64,000 nucleotides of DNA. Origin: an uncultured Nitrososphaeraceae archaeon (GTDB taxonomy: Archaea; Thermoproteota; Nitrososphaeria; Nitrososphaerales; Nitrososphaeraceae). The notes beneath the pieces are model-generated. The model did not search any database. It saw only the letters and a program-made list of their open reading frames with translations, and was not told the origin of the DNA. Positions 1-12,008 of the stretch are shown here, in pieces. The stretch's first letter is position 1. The number at the start of each line of letters is the position of its first letter. Position numbers and translations under genes: made by a program. The stretch is taken from assembly GCA_963837175.1 (NCBI GenBank), contig CAWIMJ010000003.1:1-64000 (forward strand), given 5' to 3'.

Positions 1-342
1 TATACCAGAAAGGATATTATTATACCCAATGATAGTTTCCCTTCAGAGTCTGCGCATTTTAACATCTTTACATTCTAAAACACCATTGGTATTATAGGCA
101 GCTTCCTTGCTTTCAAAGCGAGCTTTGGCGATATGGTGTCTGTGAGATCTATTGCATATTGATAGGAAAATGTAAAACTCAGGAGGGCAAGAAATCCTCC
201 AAGAACCATCGCTGCAATCTTCTCCACCAAAACTAACAATGAGACATGAGAAATTGATATTTTGATATTGTCTTTTTTCTACTCTCTTATGATCACTATA
301 TCGGGACTCAAATTATATCATAAATGATATCTATCTATCTAT

Positions 343-1125
343 CTATCGGACTGAGATGCTCATAATGTTATCAAAGTTGTTTCTAGATTGATCCTGCTTG
401 TATATCCTCAACGCTTTAATTATTTTTTCTCTTTCAGGCAGGTGTAATATTTCATTCACTCTTTTTGACACTAGTCCACTTAGAAACAGTGACTGGGCTG
501 CAGCTGTTACATTGCATGTCTTCCTTTTCGTACTAGAGCTTTCAAAGTCTATAATGTTGGTAGCATCGGATTGTGATACAATTACATGATGATCTAGACG
601 ACATAATTCACCGTGATCCAGATGCGCTTTATCTAATTTATAGCATTGTTCCATAGTGCTATTAATAACATTACGTACCTGTTCTGGGTTGATATTTTGA
701 TTATTTATCCAGTTAATTATGCTCAAACCATCGATGTATTCCGTTATTACAAAGTTTTCTGAATAGTCTAATATACCAGGACCAACACCAGCTGAATTTG
801 CTATTCGATGTAAATTGACTTCTCTATCCATCGTTTTCCTGCTTGCGTCCGTTCTTCTTATCTTCAGAGCACAAATTGTATTTTTGATCTCAGCTTTTAC
901 AACTAGGCTTACACAACCTTTACCTGCAATTTCCATGCTCCCAATTTTTGTTCTACCAACAGAGAATATGAAATCGATTCCAAGCGAATATATTTCTTTT
1001 AAACGATTAGAATATTCTCTTTCAGTAAAATGTGGATAGGAAATAATAGTCGAAAGTCTTGGGGAATTTACGTTAATCCTATTTGAAAATACGGGAATCG
1101 GTCGTGATAAGCTTGTAGATTGCAT
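343..1125 (-). CDS. RIO/Bud32-like Ser/Thr protein kinase
   Basis: GKGxxS Gly loop, ALK lysine, HGEL and IIDFE motifs; overlaps cca. Confidence 0.8.
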   Translation of the reverse strand: MQSTSLSRPIPVFSNRINVNSPRLSTIISYPHFTEREYSNRLKEIYSLGIDFIFSVGRTKIGSMEIAGKGCVSLVVKAEIKNTICALKIRRTDASRKTMDREVNLHRIANSAGVGPGILDYSENFVITEYIDGLSIINWINNQNINPEQVRNVINSTMEQCYKLDKAHLDHGELCRLDHHVIVSQSDATNIIDFESSSTKRKTCNVTAAAQSLFLSGLVSKRVNEILHLPEREKIIKALRIYKQDQSRNNFDNIMSISVR

Positions 1126-2480
1126 TCTTTACTAGTCCATGTATTTCTTTCTCGTCCCCTGTATAAATCTGATGTGTCTTTTGAATGTCTTCTGTCAGTC
1201 CCTTAGTAATCCCTGTATCTTTTTTTTTAGTCAAGATAAATTCTAGATACTCTTTCGCATTTATTGTTTTTCTCTCTATCAAACTTTCAACCTTCATTTC
1301 ATTATTCACCCACATTAACAAAGATCTTTTGTTATTCTCTGAGATGAATTCAGAAGTATCATTTCTCCTGAACATATGAGGACCTGTTCTTGCCATATAT
1401 TGCGGCTGTGTAATTGTTTCTAATAGAAATACAAGTACTGCATGTCCTTTTCCATCAATATCACTAATGCTTCGAATTACGGTAAAATTAGCAGTGTGTA
1501 GTTGTTTTGAAATTGCGTTAAGACTTCTCTTTATCTGTCCCCAAATAATGTCTGGACTCCGCTGATGATATATAAATTCAACTATGAGTAAATTTGAATA
1601 TAACTTCTTAGAAGGCTCATATTTTTCCTTTTTTTCTCTGAAAAAGTCCAGTGATGGCTTTTCCAGAAATGCTCTAGCTGCAAGTATAGCCTTGCCAACA
1701 TTCTCTGCAGAAATTGCCGTCCCTAAATTTCTTCTAGAATCAATTGGATCGATTATGATAAGTTGGCTTTTAAAAATTTTTAAGATGTCTTCGTCAAATC
1801 TCTCAATAGCAATCACATTTTTATCTTCTCTTATGTTTGATATTGCCTTTAGTACAGACTCAAATGAACCATATTTTAAAATTAAAATCTCAGTTACATA
1901 ACCGCTGAAACCCGAAGTAGCAATTTCAGCTCCATAGACTCCAATTGATTTAAAGAATTTCTTCAATAGTCTTACTTGATTTTTCTTTTTGTCATCTAAA
2001 TTAGCCTTGATATATTCAGTATGAAATGGTGACCTATCGGCGAGCACTTTTCCATTTACCTTTTTTCACATTATAACAGGGGACGACATTAACTCTAATT
2101 CCCTTAACATATGCCTCAACATACGGATGACTAGAATATCGTAGACGAGGATTATATTCGCTCAGATACTGTTTTGCGATCTTCTTGGCAAACTCATCGA
2201 ATTCTTCATAATGAAGTGAAACATCAATTTTTATGAAGATATCTATATCAGCACATTCCTCAGAATTTCCATTTTTATAGTGAGCATGATCTCGTTTTAG
2301 CCATGTACCCTTCGCAAAAGACCCCCCAAAAACTACATCTTCTATCATTGGAGAGGAATATTGTCTTACAAGTTTCATTGCTTTGTCTGCAATTTCTGTT
2401 AAACGTTGTACATCCTTAGGTGACGGTTTACAAAGCTCTAATGCTTGGGAAGTAACACTGTCTATGTCAGTCAGAAGCAT
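1079..2480 (-). CDS. cca: CCA-adding tRNA nucleotidyltransferase (one extra base at 2042)
   Basis: GSFAKGTWL...DIDIF and GFSGY motifs; removing the base at 2042 joins the two ORFs as KWKSAADRSPFHT. Confidence 0.92.
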
Positions 2481-3036
2481 TCACCGTAAATATATCTGTG
2501 TAAATGGGACCTGAAGAAGTAAGATCACTTCGTTTGAGATGGACTTTATTAATAATATCAGAACCGAAGGATATGTGGTCATACTCTGACAACAACTTGG
2601 TTGTTATCTTTAATTTTCCTGTCTTTATACGAAAAAGCGTCATATGTGGTGTAAAAGGTTTGTCCGGCATAAAACCTATCTCTTTCATTTTTGATCTTAC
2701 TTTTTCAGCAAGGTCAGTAAGCTTTCGGTCACCTTCAGCATCTACTCCGATCCAGATTACTCTGGCAGCATTTGGATTTGGAAAACCACCAATACCACTA
2801 TAGGTAATTTTAATTGGTTCAAATTTTATTTCTGATATCTTGGTCTTAATCATGTCAATACTTTCGATGATCACTTCGCCAAGAAAAATTAATGTAAAAT
2901 GAAAACTCTGTTTTGATACCGGCTTTAACAATTGGCTGTTCCATCCAGCGGACATTTGTATTTTGTACTGTAATTTTTCGATAGTATCTTTGCTCGATGC
3001 GTCTGCCGCAATAAAAATTCGATTACTATTATTCAT
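2467..3036 (-). CDS. thpR: RNA 2',3'-cyclic phosphodiesterase (2H family)
   Basis: two HxT motifs (HFTL, HMTL); adjacent to cca as usual in archaea. Confidence 0.88.
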   Translation of the reverse strand: MNNSNRIFIAADASSKDTIEKLQYKIQMSAGWNSQLLKPVSKQSFHFTLIFLGEVIIESIDMIKTKISEIKFEPIKITYSGIGGFPNPNAARVIWIGVDAEGDRKLTDLAEKVRSKMKEIGFMPDKPFTPHMTLFRIKTGKLKITTKLLSEYDHISFGSDIINKVHLKRSDLTSSGPIYTDIFTVNASD

Positions 3037-3781
3037 TTACTTTACTGGATAATCATGGTTGTGAATTTATTTAAATGCAAATTAACACTTTTAATACAGA
3101 AACAAAAAATATATATTTGTAATATCCAAATTTTGTATATAAAAAATCTTCGAACAGTATAACAGTTGTCTATACGTAGATAAAGTCGCTTAAATCTTTT
3201 CATCATTATTATTGTTATTCTGTTACCAATGTATAATTTATATCTATAATAACTTGGATTCTAGAAGATAACTTGCACAAGGTATGGTTCTTTTAACCAT
3301 GATCTATTAAAGACCTATTAACAGCATTTTAGATATATTATATATCAACGGTTTTTCCTAGCCAACCCACATTTTTTTCTATTCATCATGTTCATGAATA
3401 CATATTCTTGTCAATCTTACAGTAAATGCTTTTCCGTCTAATGTATGAAATGCTATGGGTTACATGCAAATTCAATAACTTGCATAATAGGTGATTTGTG
3501 AATTTCCTTGTCAAAGAGATAGCAACTTTCCATCCCCAAATGGAGCTTTCATTGGTTAACCATGTGATCGGTTAACTTTTTGAAGAGTACCTATATATTA
3601 TTGCTGCTTCAACTTGCTGGCTTGCAGGGAAGTTAGATCCTCTGAATAAATCTTGTTGTCGTGTGTTCGTCAAGCAGCCATTAGTTATTCTTATGTGGAC
3701 ATCATAGTAGCGATTGAGATTAATTGGAGCACACTAAATTATATAAGGATAGTGAAGAAATAACTTGATTATGATGAAGAG

Positions 3782-6007
3782 ATGGTATACGAGAAAGATT
3801 TACCTTCACTAAATATTCCCCCTCATCCTCCTCCCGCTGAAGGAAAGAACAAGATGTCTGAGATATTATACGGTATTGAAAAAGCTGTGGGAAGAGGAGT
3901 TTATTTCATGTCAAATGTAAAAGAGAGAATGGATATTTGTTTTGATCATAATGCTCCATCTATAGTAGTTAAAATTGAAGAGTATAGAAATGGATATAAT
4001 GATATTAGAAGAAGAGGTGGGAAAATAAGAGCTTTTACTGAAATTACCAAAGATAATGTTGCTTACTGTAAAGAGTTATTGAAATTAGTGGATGATCTTA
4101 GACATTTGGATGGAGTTAAAGGTGGTATAGCCGTAAGTGAAACAGAATATATGGCAACTACAATTCTAGAAGAAGCAAAGCCATTAACACAGGTAATATA
4201 TAGCAATGTCAGAGAGGTTGTAGAACAAGGACAATATATTTTCGATACTTTATGGAGTACAGCAGTTCCTGCTGAACGAAAAATTAGAGAAATAGAAGAA
4301 GGAATCATACATTATGAATCCAAAGTATTAGAAAGTCCTGATGAGATTATTAAACAAATAGTATATTTAGCAGAAACTTCTACGGGATTATCAATTGTTT
4401 CCTCCTTTGGTGGGATGCAGTTAATTTACAGTAACTTCTTTGATCTATATCAAAAAATACTGGATAAATATAAAAAAGGAGAAGGCAAGGGCATAAAGTG
4501 GATATGTAGCATAAATGAAGAAAGCATAGATTTAGTAAAAATCTTTTTGAAACTAGGAATGAAACTAAGACATGTAAAGAGCCTTACACCAATGAATTTT
4601 GCAATTGGAGATAAAGAACTTAATGCTACAGTAGAGAGTATGCAAGGAGGTAAGATGGTTCATAGTCTTTTAACTAGTAATGAACCTATCTATGTCAAGC
4701 ATTTTTCTTCTATATTCGAAGAGTTATGGAATAATGGGATTGATGCTGATGATAGAATAAGAGATATTGAAGAAGGTATTGACGCGGCAGATATAGAGAT
4801 TATCCACAATCCCAAAGAAGGAATAAAACGTGCTTGGAGTATTATAAAATCGGCAAAAGAAGAAGTATTAATAATGTTTTCCTCAGCTAATGCTGTCCGT
4901 CGCCAAATAGAGATAGGTGGACTGCAATTATTAAAAGAAGCATCAGAGGAGCATGGTGCGAAGGTAAGGGTACTAATTCCTGGAGACCGCGATATTTCAT
5001 CAACAACAATAAAGGAAGCAAAGTCGACATATCCTCAGGTTGACATTAGGAGCATAGACAAGAATATAGAGACTAGAATTACAATAGTATTAGCTGACAA
5101 AAGGGAATGTGTTATTGTAGAATTGAAGGACGATACAAAAAATAATTCCTACAATGCATCAGGCTTAACTACATATTCTAATAGCAAGTCAATAGTTTCA
5201 TCATACACTTCTATTTTTGAGAGTTTCTGGAAGCAATCCAAATTGTATGAACAATTAGAAGAATCAAATAAACAGCTTGAATTAGCCAATGAACAACTCA
5301 AAATTAATGATAAAATGCAAAAGGAATTTATCAATATAGCAGCTCATGAATTACGAACACCTATTCAGCCTATACTTGGCTTAGCTGAAGTTCTTATTTC
5401 AAAAAAAGGAAGCATAGAACAATATAATGAATTAATAGATGCCATTATAAGAAATGCAAGAAGACTGCAAAGGCTTACAGAGGATATTCTTGATGTTACG
5501 AGAATCGAGAGCCAACAATCGCTAATAATAAAGAAAGAACAATTCACTTTAAATGATCTAATAAGAAATACTATACATGATATAATGATAAAGAGAGAAA
5601 TTGAGAACAAAAATGTAAAAATATTGTATAAACCTAATAAAGAAGAAGATCTTATTTTTCTCAAAGGAGATAGTCAGCAGCTAGCTCGCGTTATTTTTAA
5701 TTTAGTAAGTAATGCTATTAAATTTACTAGCCGTGGTACAATTCTTATCAAAACAAAGAAAGAAGACTATAGTGGCAGTGATAGTAGAGTTATTGTTAGT
5801 GTAAAAGATTCTGGTTCTGGTATAGACCATGAGATTTCGACAAGGTTATTTACAAAGTTTGCTACAAAATCAGAGAAAGGAACAGGATTAGGACTGTTTA
5901 TCTCTAAAAGCATTATAGAGTCTCACGGTGGTAAAATATGGGCTGAAAACAACGCTGATGGTAAAGGAGCTACATTTAGTTTTACTTTACCAATTACTGA
6001 TCAATAG
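3782..6007 (+). CDS. Cytoplasmic sensor histidine kinase with three tandem TrmB/PLD-like N-terminal domains
   Basis: AAHELRTP H-box, NAIKFT N-box, DSGSG and GTGLGL G-boxes. Confidence 0.92.
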   Translation: MVYEKDLPSLNIPPHPPPAEGKNKMSEILYGIEKAVGRGVYFMSNVKERMDICFDHNAPSIVVKIEEYRNGYNDIRRRGGKIRAFTEITKDNVAYCKELLKLVDDLRHLDGVKGGIAVSETEYMATTILEEAKPLTQVIYSNVREVVEQGQYIFDTLWSTAVPAERKIREIEEGIIHYESKVLESPDEIIKQIVYLAETSTGLSIVSSFGGMQLIYSNFFDLYQKILDKYKKGEGKGIKWICSINEESIDLVKIFLKLGMKLRHVKSLTPMNFAIGDKELNATVESMQGGKMVHSLLTSNEPIYVKHFSSIFEELWNNGIDADDRIRDIEEGIDAADIEIIHNPKEGIKRAWSIIKSAKEEVLIMFSSANAVRRQIEIGGLQLLKEASEEHGAKVRVLIPGDRDISSTTIKEAKSTYPQVDIRSIDKNIETRITIVLADKRECVIVELKDDTKNNSYNASGLTTYSNSKSIVSSYTSIFESFWKQSKLYEQLEESNKQLELANEQLKINDKMQKEFINIAAHELRTPIQPILGLAEVLISKKGSIEQYNELIDAIIRNARRLQRLTEDILDVTRIESQQSLIIKKEQFTLNDLIRNTIHDIMIKREIENKNVKILYKPNKEEDLIFLKGDSQQLARVIFNLVSNAIKFTSRGTILIKTKKEDYSGSDSRVIVSVKDSGSGIDHEISTRLFTKFATKSEKGTGLGLFISKSIIESHGGKIWAENNADGKGATFSFTLPITDQ

Positions 6008-6039
6008 GGCAAATGTAAATGTGAGAAACAAGCAATGAA

Positions 6040-6350
6040 TAATCTGACTGATATACACAGAAGATTATGTTGTGATAGATGACGAATTCGGTTACTGTGA
6101 CAGTACAGATACTTTTGAGTAGGATAAAAGGTTGAAAGTACTTCATTTATTAATCTATTTAATTTAAAGAATTTCAAAGCTAATGTGTTCTATTAGTTGT
6201 TCACATTAGAATATCCCAATATGAATTGGTAGATACTTCTTACTCCGACAACATTGTTCTGTGTACATGTGTGACTAATGATGAGGAGGATATTCGAGAA
6301 TACGATCTCTTCTTTCCTATAATTAACAATTTTGAAATGTTTAACAAAAG
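6040..6350 (+). pseudogene. Degraded response regulator (receiver domain) remnant
   Basis: fragments VIDDE, NFKANVF and PNMN in mixed frames with stops, directly after the kinase; boundaries approximate. Confidence 0.5.
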
Positions 6351-6655
6351 TTAGCGACATTTTTGGCGACAATGTTTAACGCTCCAATTTCTCATGGCTG
6401 CGGCAAGTAGGTTAGATGTCCTTCCAGAGCGCTCTGGCATGCCAATAGACATGCTGCTGCATAGGTTGCTAATAAGATAACCAAAAGGCTGTTATTTGAG
6501 GAACAAACGATTTTGCTTGACAAAATATTATGACTAGTATTGAAAGGTATAGAATTTATTAATTACGATTCCGAATTTACTTTAACCAAGGTAGCAATAA
6601 AAATGCTTCTAATTCAATAGTATGAATGAATAAGTGGCTAGAGTGATATACAGAC

Positions 6656-7351
6656 TTAACTGCCAAATATGCCTTTGAAAAAATCAATAATAGGATTTCC
6701 TGTATTGTTATTAGGGACAGTTGCTGTCGCATTGTCTTCTGGAATCATCGTCCTTGATGCATTATTGTTATCAGGTGCATTACTGAGAGAAGTATTAATC
6801 TGACTTTCATCTGTAATATTTTCAGTATTATTTCCTATAGTAGTAGCATTCTGTCCTTCAAAGGATGTACGCTGGTCTCCACTAGTAAAGTTGTTTTTTT
6901 GTGTGGTTAAGGAAGGTTCTCCGATGATGTCTATACTATTCCATTTTGTCAAATTCATAGGATTACTGAGACAAGATAATTTAGAAGTAAGGTTGTTTGT
7001 TCCATTTGTAATGAGATGGTAAATCTGTGTATATGTAAAAGTCCATGTGGAATAATCATTTACTCCACCAGGACCTGTTGCTAGAGCTTTTTGAAATGGC
7101 TTTTGGTCATTCCAATCTGCATAAACTGTACAATCAGTTGTGGCATCATCTGTTGATGTACCGGAGATAGTAAGTTCGCCTATAGGAACTTGTTGGCCTG
7201 TAACATGCGAAGTAATTTTTATGCTTATTGTACTAGTTGTCTGTCCTTCTTGTGTGAATGCAAAATTTGCACAGGTACCTAGAAGGAGGAATAATGCTAT
7301 GACCAGAGATATTACAAGCCCTTCAAAATTTTTCTCTGTATTACTAGTCAA
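6656..7351 (-). CDS. Secreted protein with Ig-like domain and Asn/Thr-rich tail
   Basis: hydrophobic signal peptide; ITS..GQQVP..LTISGTS beta-rich domain; many N-x-S/T sequons. Confidence 0.7.
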   Translation of the reverse strand: MTSNTEKNFEGLVISLVIALFLLLGTCANFAFTQEGQTTSTISIKITSHVTGQQVPIGELTISGTSTDDATTDCTVYADWNDQKPFQKALATGPGGVNDYSTWTFTYTQIYHLITNGTNNLTSKLSCLSNPMNLTKWNSIDIIGEPSLTTQKNNFTSGDQRTSFEGQNATTIGNNTENITDESQINTSLSNAPDNNNASRTMIPEDNATATVPNNNTGNPIIDFFKGIFGS

Positions 7352-7840
7352 GACCTAAAATATCTGAAACTGCGCCTTTAATTAGGATTGTTATATATAT
7401 AGAAAATCTAGCTTCTTTTTAATTGAGTCATTCAGATAAGACAGATTGTTATTTGTAAACCTATTTATTATCAAATTTCCATATAATACATTTGATTTTA
7501 TCATGAAATATGCCAAGGATCACCTTGTACACTTATAAGAATTCAAACATCAAGTTGTTGAGCTTTTATTTACTTAAGCATCAATTCTATTGAGAAGATA
7601 TATTGCTTACCAGAACTAACCATCTTATGACAAGTATATGGAAGAATTATAAAAAGATCTATGGGAGCATAAAATGATTTACTAGCAGATTCCATCTCCT
7701 GTTATATACTTATTGAGAATACTTTTAGAAGCACTATTATTTTATGATCAAGATTCAGTAGAGTTCGATGAGGATTATAGACTGTCCTCTAGATGATGTA
7801 GATAATATATCAGATAAGCTACAAAAAAGCAAGAAGGGAA

Positions 7841-8470
7841 ATGAATTTTGAAATTAAAAAGCAGAAGAAGATTATTGTTTGTCTAACAGGAATGCCTGGA
7901 GCTGGCAAATCCACTATTGCTTTTTCATTAAAGGAAAAAGGATTTCCAGTGATAACAATGGGTGATGCTGTACGAGAAGAAGCTAAACGGCAAAATCTAG
8001 AACCGACAGATTGTAATTTAGGTACTTTGATGTTAAAATTACGAACAGAACTAGGACCCGGAGCAATTGCTCATTTAATCTTAAGAAAAATGGAAAAAGA
8101 TACTAATCGTAAGATCGTTATTATTGATGGCATTAGAAGCATGCCTGAAGTTGACATATTAAAGAGCGTTGGCTACGTCAAGTTATTAGCTATCCACGCA
8201 TCAACAAATACGAGGTTCATATATACAAAAGAAAGAGCTAGATTTGATTCTCCCTCAAGTATTCAAGATTTTGTCGTCAGAGACAAGCGGGAATTAACAG
8301 TAGGTATCAGTGAAGCGATAGCTTTAGCAGACGAAACCCTGTCTAACAATGAATTAACGGTCAAAGAATTAAAAGAAAAAGCCTTTGAAATAATTCAAAA
8401 GTGGATCGATGAAATTAATAAAAACGATAATAGTATTTCTATTAATCATAAAGTTGATAATAATAAATGA
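7841..8470 (+). CDS. Dephospho-CoA-kinase-like P-loop protein (UPF0200/COG0237)
   Basis: GMPGAGKS Walker A; MGDAVR and DGIRS motifs. Confidence 0.82.
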   Translation: MNFEIKKQKKIIVCLTGMPGAGKSTIAFSLKEKGFPVITMGDAVREEAKRQNLEPTDCNLGTLMLKLRTELGPGAIAHLILRKMEKDTNRKIVIIDGIRSMPEVDILKSVGYVKLLAIHASTNTRFIYTKERARFDSPSSIQDFVVRDKRELTVGISEAIALADETLSNNELTVKELKEKAFEIIQKWIDEINKNDNSISINHKVDNNK

Positions 8471-8883
8471 GAAAAGAACCTTTTACAGCACGCATTGAAT
8501 TAAAAGTAGAAGCTTCTGTTTATCCGTCTGAATCTTCTGAAAAAGTGATGTCAGCCGTTACTAATGTTATTGATAAATGTGCTCCAGAGTTCAGATATGG
8601 CAGTAGGGTCATAGGCAGAGCTTGCGGCAGCGAATCACTTAGCGCCATTTATGAGCAGGTGAGATCCAAAGCTTCAATGGGCGTTCTTAGAAGAATGTTG
8701 CTAGATAACAAAGTTGCAAATACCACTTATTTCTTTCTTAATAAACAAGCGGCGAGTGCTGGTGTTGTAGTAATAATTGAAGATGCAAAAGAATCTCCTT
8801 TGGGACCTATACGTGTAACCATTGATTGTGAGGAACTAGATGCGCTTATATGCTGGCTAGCTCCAAAAGATGCCAAACAGTAG
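8467..8883 (+). CDS. UPF0201/DUF54 RNA-binding-domain protein
   Basis: LNKQAA and ESPLGPI motifs; 4-bp overlap with upstream gene. Confidence 0.8.
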   Translation: MRKEPFTARIELKVEASVYPSESSEKVMSAVTNVIDKCAPEFRYGSRVIGRACGSESLSAIYEQVRSKASMGVLRRMLLDNKVANTTYFFLNKQAASAGVVVIIEDAKESPLGPIRVTIDCEELDALICWLAPKDAKQ

Positions 8884-9281
8884 TTTGAGCAAGTGCTATT
8901 AATTTTGAAGAATATATAGGAGAACTGCTAATAAAAGATTTCAAGCTCACTTTTGAAATGTATAATAGCTGTAGTAATAACAGCAGAACAAAAGAAGAGC
9001 ATTAGGATTCGCTCTAAATGTTGAATAACTTTTAAATGTTTTATTGTTGAGAAGGTAATTTGGTATAGATTTTTAAAATTATTATATTTTGTCGGATTAG
9101 TCTAAATTAGATTCATTGATTGTTTTGTTCTCTCTAAAACTTATTTTATCCGCAAGGAATTTCTCTAGTAGATTATACGCCATATGGATGTCTCGGACAT
9201 TGATATTTTTATATTAATAAGTCAACTTGAACGATCTCCAACGATGGAATAGGATACAAATGTTACAGAAAAGCAAAATAT

Positions 9282-10121
9282 TTAGTCTGCTGATAGATCC
9301 CAATAGTTGGCATCACTGAATTCTTCTTTGGGTTTGCCTAGAGATTTCCATTCTCTAAATGATTGTGAATATAACTTGACATCCTTCACGCCTGCCAATT
9401 TTAGCGCATAATATGCCAAACCAGATAATGTTCCAACACTTCCACAATATGTGATGATTTCAGAATCGGCAGAGATACCTCTATTTTCAATAAATCTCTT
9501 AATATCTTCTGCTTTGCGAAAAATGTTGCCGTTGGAACCGAGCATAGTATATGGAATGTTTTTAGCACCAGGAATGTGTTCCGTTAAAAAATTTAGACGT
9601 TCCCTAGAATCTATCAGTATCTTATTAGGTTGCTCCTTCGCAGCTTCGATATAAGATGCATCAGCATGAATCCTGTGATTTACATTTAATGAGTGTTCAG
9701 TATGTGGAAAGATATTGATTTTCTTTTCTGTTTGCAATCCTAAATTTTTCCAATGGCTGAATGTCATTTCGAGTAATGCAGTATTGGTATGACCAATATA
9801 TTGGAAAGTCCATGCGACCCGAGCTGCCAATGCGCCAAATGTGTCATCATAAACGACGACTGGAGTAGCATCTGATATCCCCATATTCTGCAAGATATTA
9901 ATGATCTCGTGTGGGCTATCTTTCTTCAATATCTGCGCAAATGGAATAGAGACTGCTGTTGGAATGTGTTCTTGTTGATAGTCTTCTTCTTTACGAACAT
10001 CTACTATGCGAACTGTTTTTTTTTGAATAAGTGTTTGCAAAGTATGGACATCGCAAACGATCGGAAGATGGAAATTATTATAGTTGTGATTATTATCATC
10101 ATCATCACTCCCTTTTTCCAT
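9282..10121 (-). CDS. Tandem-domain rhodanese / thiosulfate sulfurtransferase
   Basis: DVR..Y..EHIP, HIPGA and active-site YCGSVGT; likely start MEKGSD. Confidence 0.88.
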   Translation of the reverse strand: MEKGSDDDDNNHNYNNFHLPIVCDVHTLQTLIQKKTVRIVDVRKEEDYQQEHIPTAVSIPFAQILKKDSPHEIINILQNMGISDATPVVVYDDTFGALAARVAWTFQYIGHTNTALLEMTFSHWKNLGLQTEKKINIFPHTEHSLNVNHRIHADASYIEAAKEQPNKILIDSRERLNFLTEHIPGAKNIPYTMLGSNGNIFRKAEDIKRFIENRGISADSEIITYCGSVGTLSGLAYYALKLAGVKDVKLYSQSFREWKSLGKPKEEFSDANYWDLSAD

Positions 10122-10162
10122 TTTTAATTTAAACGTCCTTTTTTGTCCTTTAGTGGTAGTAT

Positions 10163-12008
10163 TCAAGCAGCACATTCTCCTCGAGCTGTCTTTGCAGAGA
10201 ATTTGATATCATTGCCATAATCTCTATATGATTCTGGATCCTCTTCTATTGATGCTAATTGCGTAACAGGAAGCAGGTACTGCCTTAATATTTTCAATAT
10301 TTTTTATGCTGCCCTTTCCTTCTCCAGCAGCAACTTTGCTGATCCATTGATTCAATGTTTCAGTGTTATTGTTGCGTTGCTCCTTGTAAAGGTCTATTAT
10401 CTTGCGAATTGTATCGATGACACGCTTTGCTGGTACTCGCATTATGGCCCTGCCTAATTCTCCAAATTCACCATCACTTCCTGCGAATAGCATTGTGTAT
10501 GTTGGAGCCATTGCCGATCCGATTCTTGATGCTCCACCAAAGAATCCAATCGTTGCAATTTCATGTTGTCCACAAGAATTGGGACAACCACTAACCTTGA
10601 TTGTAGAATCCCTTAAACTGTCATCAGTATCAAAACCTAATTCTAAGAACTTGCGTTGTACTTCTTTTGCTAATCTGTGTGAGTTTGTAATTGCTAGATT
10701 ACATGAAGTAGTTCCAGAACATCCAACAGCGGATGTAATTGTTAATGCTCCAGGATTTGCAAGTCCAATGGACGTCAGCGTGTTATAAAAGTCATTTAAA
10801 TCACTGCCCTTTACATAACGTATGGCAAAGTTTTGCTGAGGTGTATTTCTAGCAGTGCTTTCGGCAGAAAATTCGCGGATAGATCTTGCTAATACTCGTA
10901 GTTGGTTAGCAGTAATATCTCCAGCTCCTAGTGTTATAAAAACTGTGAAATATCCTACCTGCTTTTGTGGTACAACATTAGTATGTAGCCATCTTTTGTA
11001 TGATGGGCTTTGCTGTGTAATCTGTTCATTTAGCATTGGTAGTTTTGACGTCATATCCACTGATTTGGCTAAGCGTCTTTGTTCATCTTCTTCTGATTTT
11101 ACATTAAATAGTTTGGACGTAGATAGGGATGTAGTCATTTCAACTATAGAGCGCTCCTTTATGACCATCTTTTGGAATTTTTCCCATCCCATTTCATGTA
11201 CCAGATAACGCATCCTATTTCTTGCCATATTTTCACGGTTGCCATGTCTATCAAACAGTCTGATGGTAGCCATACAGGTTGCTAGCATTCTATCTTCTGG
11301 CGTAAAATCTTCTAATGAATGGCCTATAAATGAAGCTGCGCCCAGACCTCCACCAAGATAGATTTTGAATCCTTTTCTATCATCTTTGATTGCAGATATC
11401 AATCCAATGTCTGCAACTCTCGCCAAGCCATGTTTATTGCAACAGGCAAAATTAATCTTAAATTTGCGCGGAAGGTTCTGACACATTGGATTTCTGATAA
11501 AGAACCTAGCAATTGCTTTGGAATAGGGAGTAGCATCGAAGGCCTCATCTGCACAAACACCGGCGAAATGACTGCACATTACGTTTCTGACAGTGTTGCC
11601 ACATGCTTCTCTAGTTGTAAGCCCTACTTCAACAAGGCCTCTCATTACTTCGCTAACATCTTCTAATTGCACCCAGTGAAGCTGAATGTTCTGCCGCGTA
11701 GAGACGTGAGCTGAGCCAATAGAGAACGCTTCTGATAAACTTGCTATCTTTTCAAGCTGTTCTGGAGTCATTTCACCACTTGGTATTTTGATTCTGACCA
11801 TGCTATAATTCATCTGAAGTCTTGAACCATAAGCACCATGTTGTAGTCTAAAACGACGAAAATCGTCATCAGATATCTTACCTTGTCTGTAAAGTTTAAC
11901 TTTTTGAGCGAAAATTTCTGTTTCTTCCTCTTTTCCCCATTGTGGGTTAGGGCCTAATTGATGAATATTCTTATGTTTAGAATTATCAGTATTAATATGA
12001 TTCTTCAA
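10163..12008 (-). CDS. sir: Ferredoxin-dependent sulfite/nitrite reductase (one extra base at about 10277)
   Basis: TRQNIQLH, LPRKFKI, CSGTTSC and SGCPNSC siroheme/4Fe-4S motifs; corrected C-terminus ends ...ARGECAA at 10163. Confidence 0.9.

Noticed and set aside
1-240. Short hydrophobic minus-strand frame at the window edge
   Set aside because: Stops early and has no recognisable family
1079-2480. Genuinely split CCA enzyme or programmed frameshift
   Set aside because: A single-base deletion restores the conserved SAADRSPFH motif; no slippery site; the same pattern occurs in five other genes
7480-7800. Possible second response-regulator relic
   Set aside because: Similarity too faint to support by eye
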